Origin: Lytechinus pictus | Taxonomy: Eukaryota | Reading direction: 5' to 3' | Length of the DNA: 64,000 nt | NCBI RefSeq assembly: GCF_037042905.1 | Contig: NW_026974140.1 | Coordinates: 8,308,001 to 8,372,000 of the forward strand | In this document: piece after piece, positions 62,219 through 64,000 of the stretch | How the letters are laid out: each line of letters begins with the position of its first letter | How positions within the stretch are numbered: the stretch's first letter is position 1 | Program-made: the position numbers and the translations under genes | The notes under the pieces: model-generated | Told to the model about the DNA's origin: nothing | What the model saw: only the letters and a program-made list of their open reading frames with translations | The model's database searches: none

Positions 62219-64000
62219 ATTCCGTTCGCATAATGTCATCTTACAAGGTTTTATAGCACCAAGAACAATGTTACTTTTAGAAGTATGGATATAAGCTCTC
62301 TGTCCTCATTCACACGGCTTGTATATATAAAACTTTATACCACAGTCACATCAGCGAAATAGACTACAAGCGAATAATGTTATGTCGCTGGAGATATTGT
62401 AATGGGATCGGTCGATATAGAGTAGGTTTCGACGGTATGACTGTAACACAATATTGCGGTCACATCTTTAAATCTCTGTAGCTTCAGATCACGCGGACAA
62501 AAGTGTATAGACTTCCTTAGGTTACTATTTTCTATAACAATTTTGAAACAAGTGTTACTTCATTAATCTAAGAGCACACATTTTACTCATATCTTATGAC
62601 TCCATATATTAACATGATTGCTATTTGACACGCTTTAGGTTGTGAGAAGCAACCTGGGTTTTAGAAGTTTCTCATGAATATGGAATATCATAGGGTGATA
62701 CATGTAGAATACATTTGAAGTGAGAAAATATGCTCTATTGTATATTACGGTGAGTGCTTGGTTGTTCAACATAATGCGGTCACAATGGGTTGGGGCAGGC
62801 GCGCGCGGGGGTGGGGTTCCAAGAAGAATGAAACAATTATCAATGGATTTTGGAACGAGCAAGGTGTGCTGCTTTGATAGTACATATGTTGTCTTTCCTT
62901 ATAATACTTGAACCCCCCCCAGGGAGAAATTTCCATAAGAAACAACACCCGGACCGAATTGGTCTATACATTTTCCATCGAAGAAAACAAAACCCGAGGT
63001 CATCTTAAGATCTCCTTGCTTTCCCTGACGAGAAAACACCATGGCGCCGCCCTTAAAATACATTGAATACCTTAATGTAAACTTGTTCAATTTAGGGGTG
63101 ATCCCGCACGTTGTTATGGTTGTAAACAGTGCACCTGGGAGAATGTGAAAGGTGCCTGGTGCGAGGGGAAGATCACTCGATAAGGTTGATTGTTTCGACC
63201 AAGATGCCCCTTTTCAATTAAGCGTCCGGTTTCCATGCGGCATTGTTCTTTGCTTTAGTTCTCGTGTCAACATACCCGACTGTAACACTGCATGGTACCT
63301 GGGACAAAACGATCATGTTGTTCGCGACGAGGGGCTTTATACGGATGATAATGTTCTTAAAGAAATCCATGGAATGAATAGGAGTGGCGTGGATTAAGGT
63401 TTATGACGATGGATGATATTATCGTGAATGTTCTAGACATCCATCTTTTTCATGTGGGATTACAGGCCTATATAGATTTGCATGGTATCCTCATTCCCAC
63501 TCATAAACGCGCGTAAGCGCACAAAATAATCACCCATAGGAATATTCACAAAGCGGTAAATCTATTGTTATGTATTTTTATGAAATACGATCAATATAGT
63601 GAATACGAAACTATAAAAGTAATGTCTTTCTTCGAGTACATATGTATGGCTTTCAATAATGAATGGTGCTGAAAATAGAGTTTTATAGTTGTCAACTTTT
63701 TGTGCATTTTAAAAGACGACGTCCAAAATAGTTGAAATATATCAAAAGTAAGCATTTTCGTCAAAATATGAGTGTTTGTTGAGATTACGCCCATCTGTAA
63801 TCCGAAACATGACAAGCTACACCTATAGTTTATTTTGAGAAGTGCATACTACATGTATTACCGAATATTGCAGAATCATTCGATATTGATTACTTTATAA
63901 GAATTAGTATGGGCGAGGTTTTTCTTGAAAATTCACATCATGCGAGCGACATCCAAGGCCCTCTAAATGGTTTTTTTTTTATTGGGGGTGCTGATATGGA

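Noticed and set aside
63121-63397. Possible exon/ORF near the window end
   Set aside because: No strong acceptor, codon bias or recognisable domain

Overview
Eukaryotic, AT-rich (roughly 35% GC by eye) draft-assembly DNA with three N gaps; it is not prokaryotic. The repeat families (tRNA-headed CORE-like SINEs with (TAT)n tails, TTAA-flanked Kolobok-like MITEs, 8-bp-TSD hAT MITEs) suggest an invertebrate deuterostome, probably a sea urchin; this is inference. Only one protein-coding segment is well supported: a + strand terminal exon at 20253-20511 (gene not recognised), followed by a 3' UTR with AATAAA signals. Bases 1-20252 therefore look like long intron, and 24-64 kb like a gene-free stretch. 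The rest is a dense mosaic of non-autonomous DNA transposons (some nested), SINEs, mini/microsatellites and local duplications. Between these lie unique, CpG- and homeodomain-site-rich islands that look like cis-regulatory modules. Best leads: five same-strand GGATTA (Otx/K50) sites with CCAAT and TATA boxes at ~31.0-31.4 kb; a CpG-decay boundary near the gene end that is recorded in SINE copies; a MITE carrying an NF-Y plus RFX X-box pair; and a weak SECIS-like hairpin. I found no convincing novel protein-coding system; nearly all listed ORFs are low-complexity artefacts.
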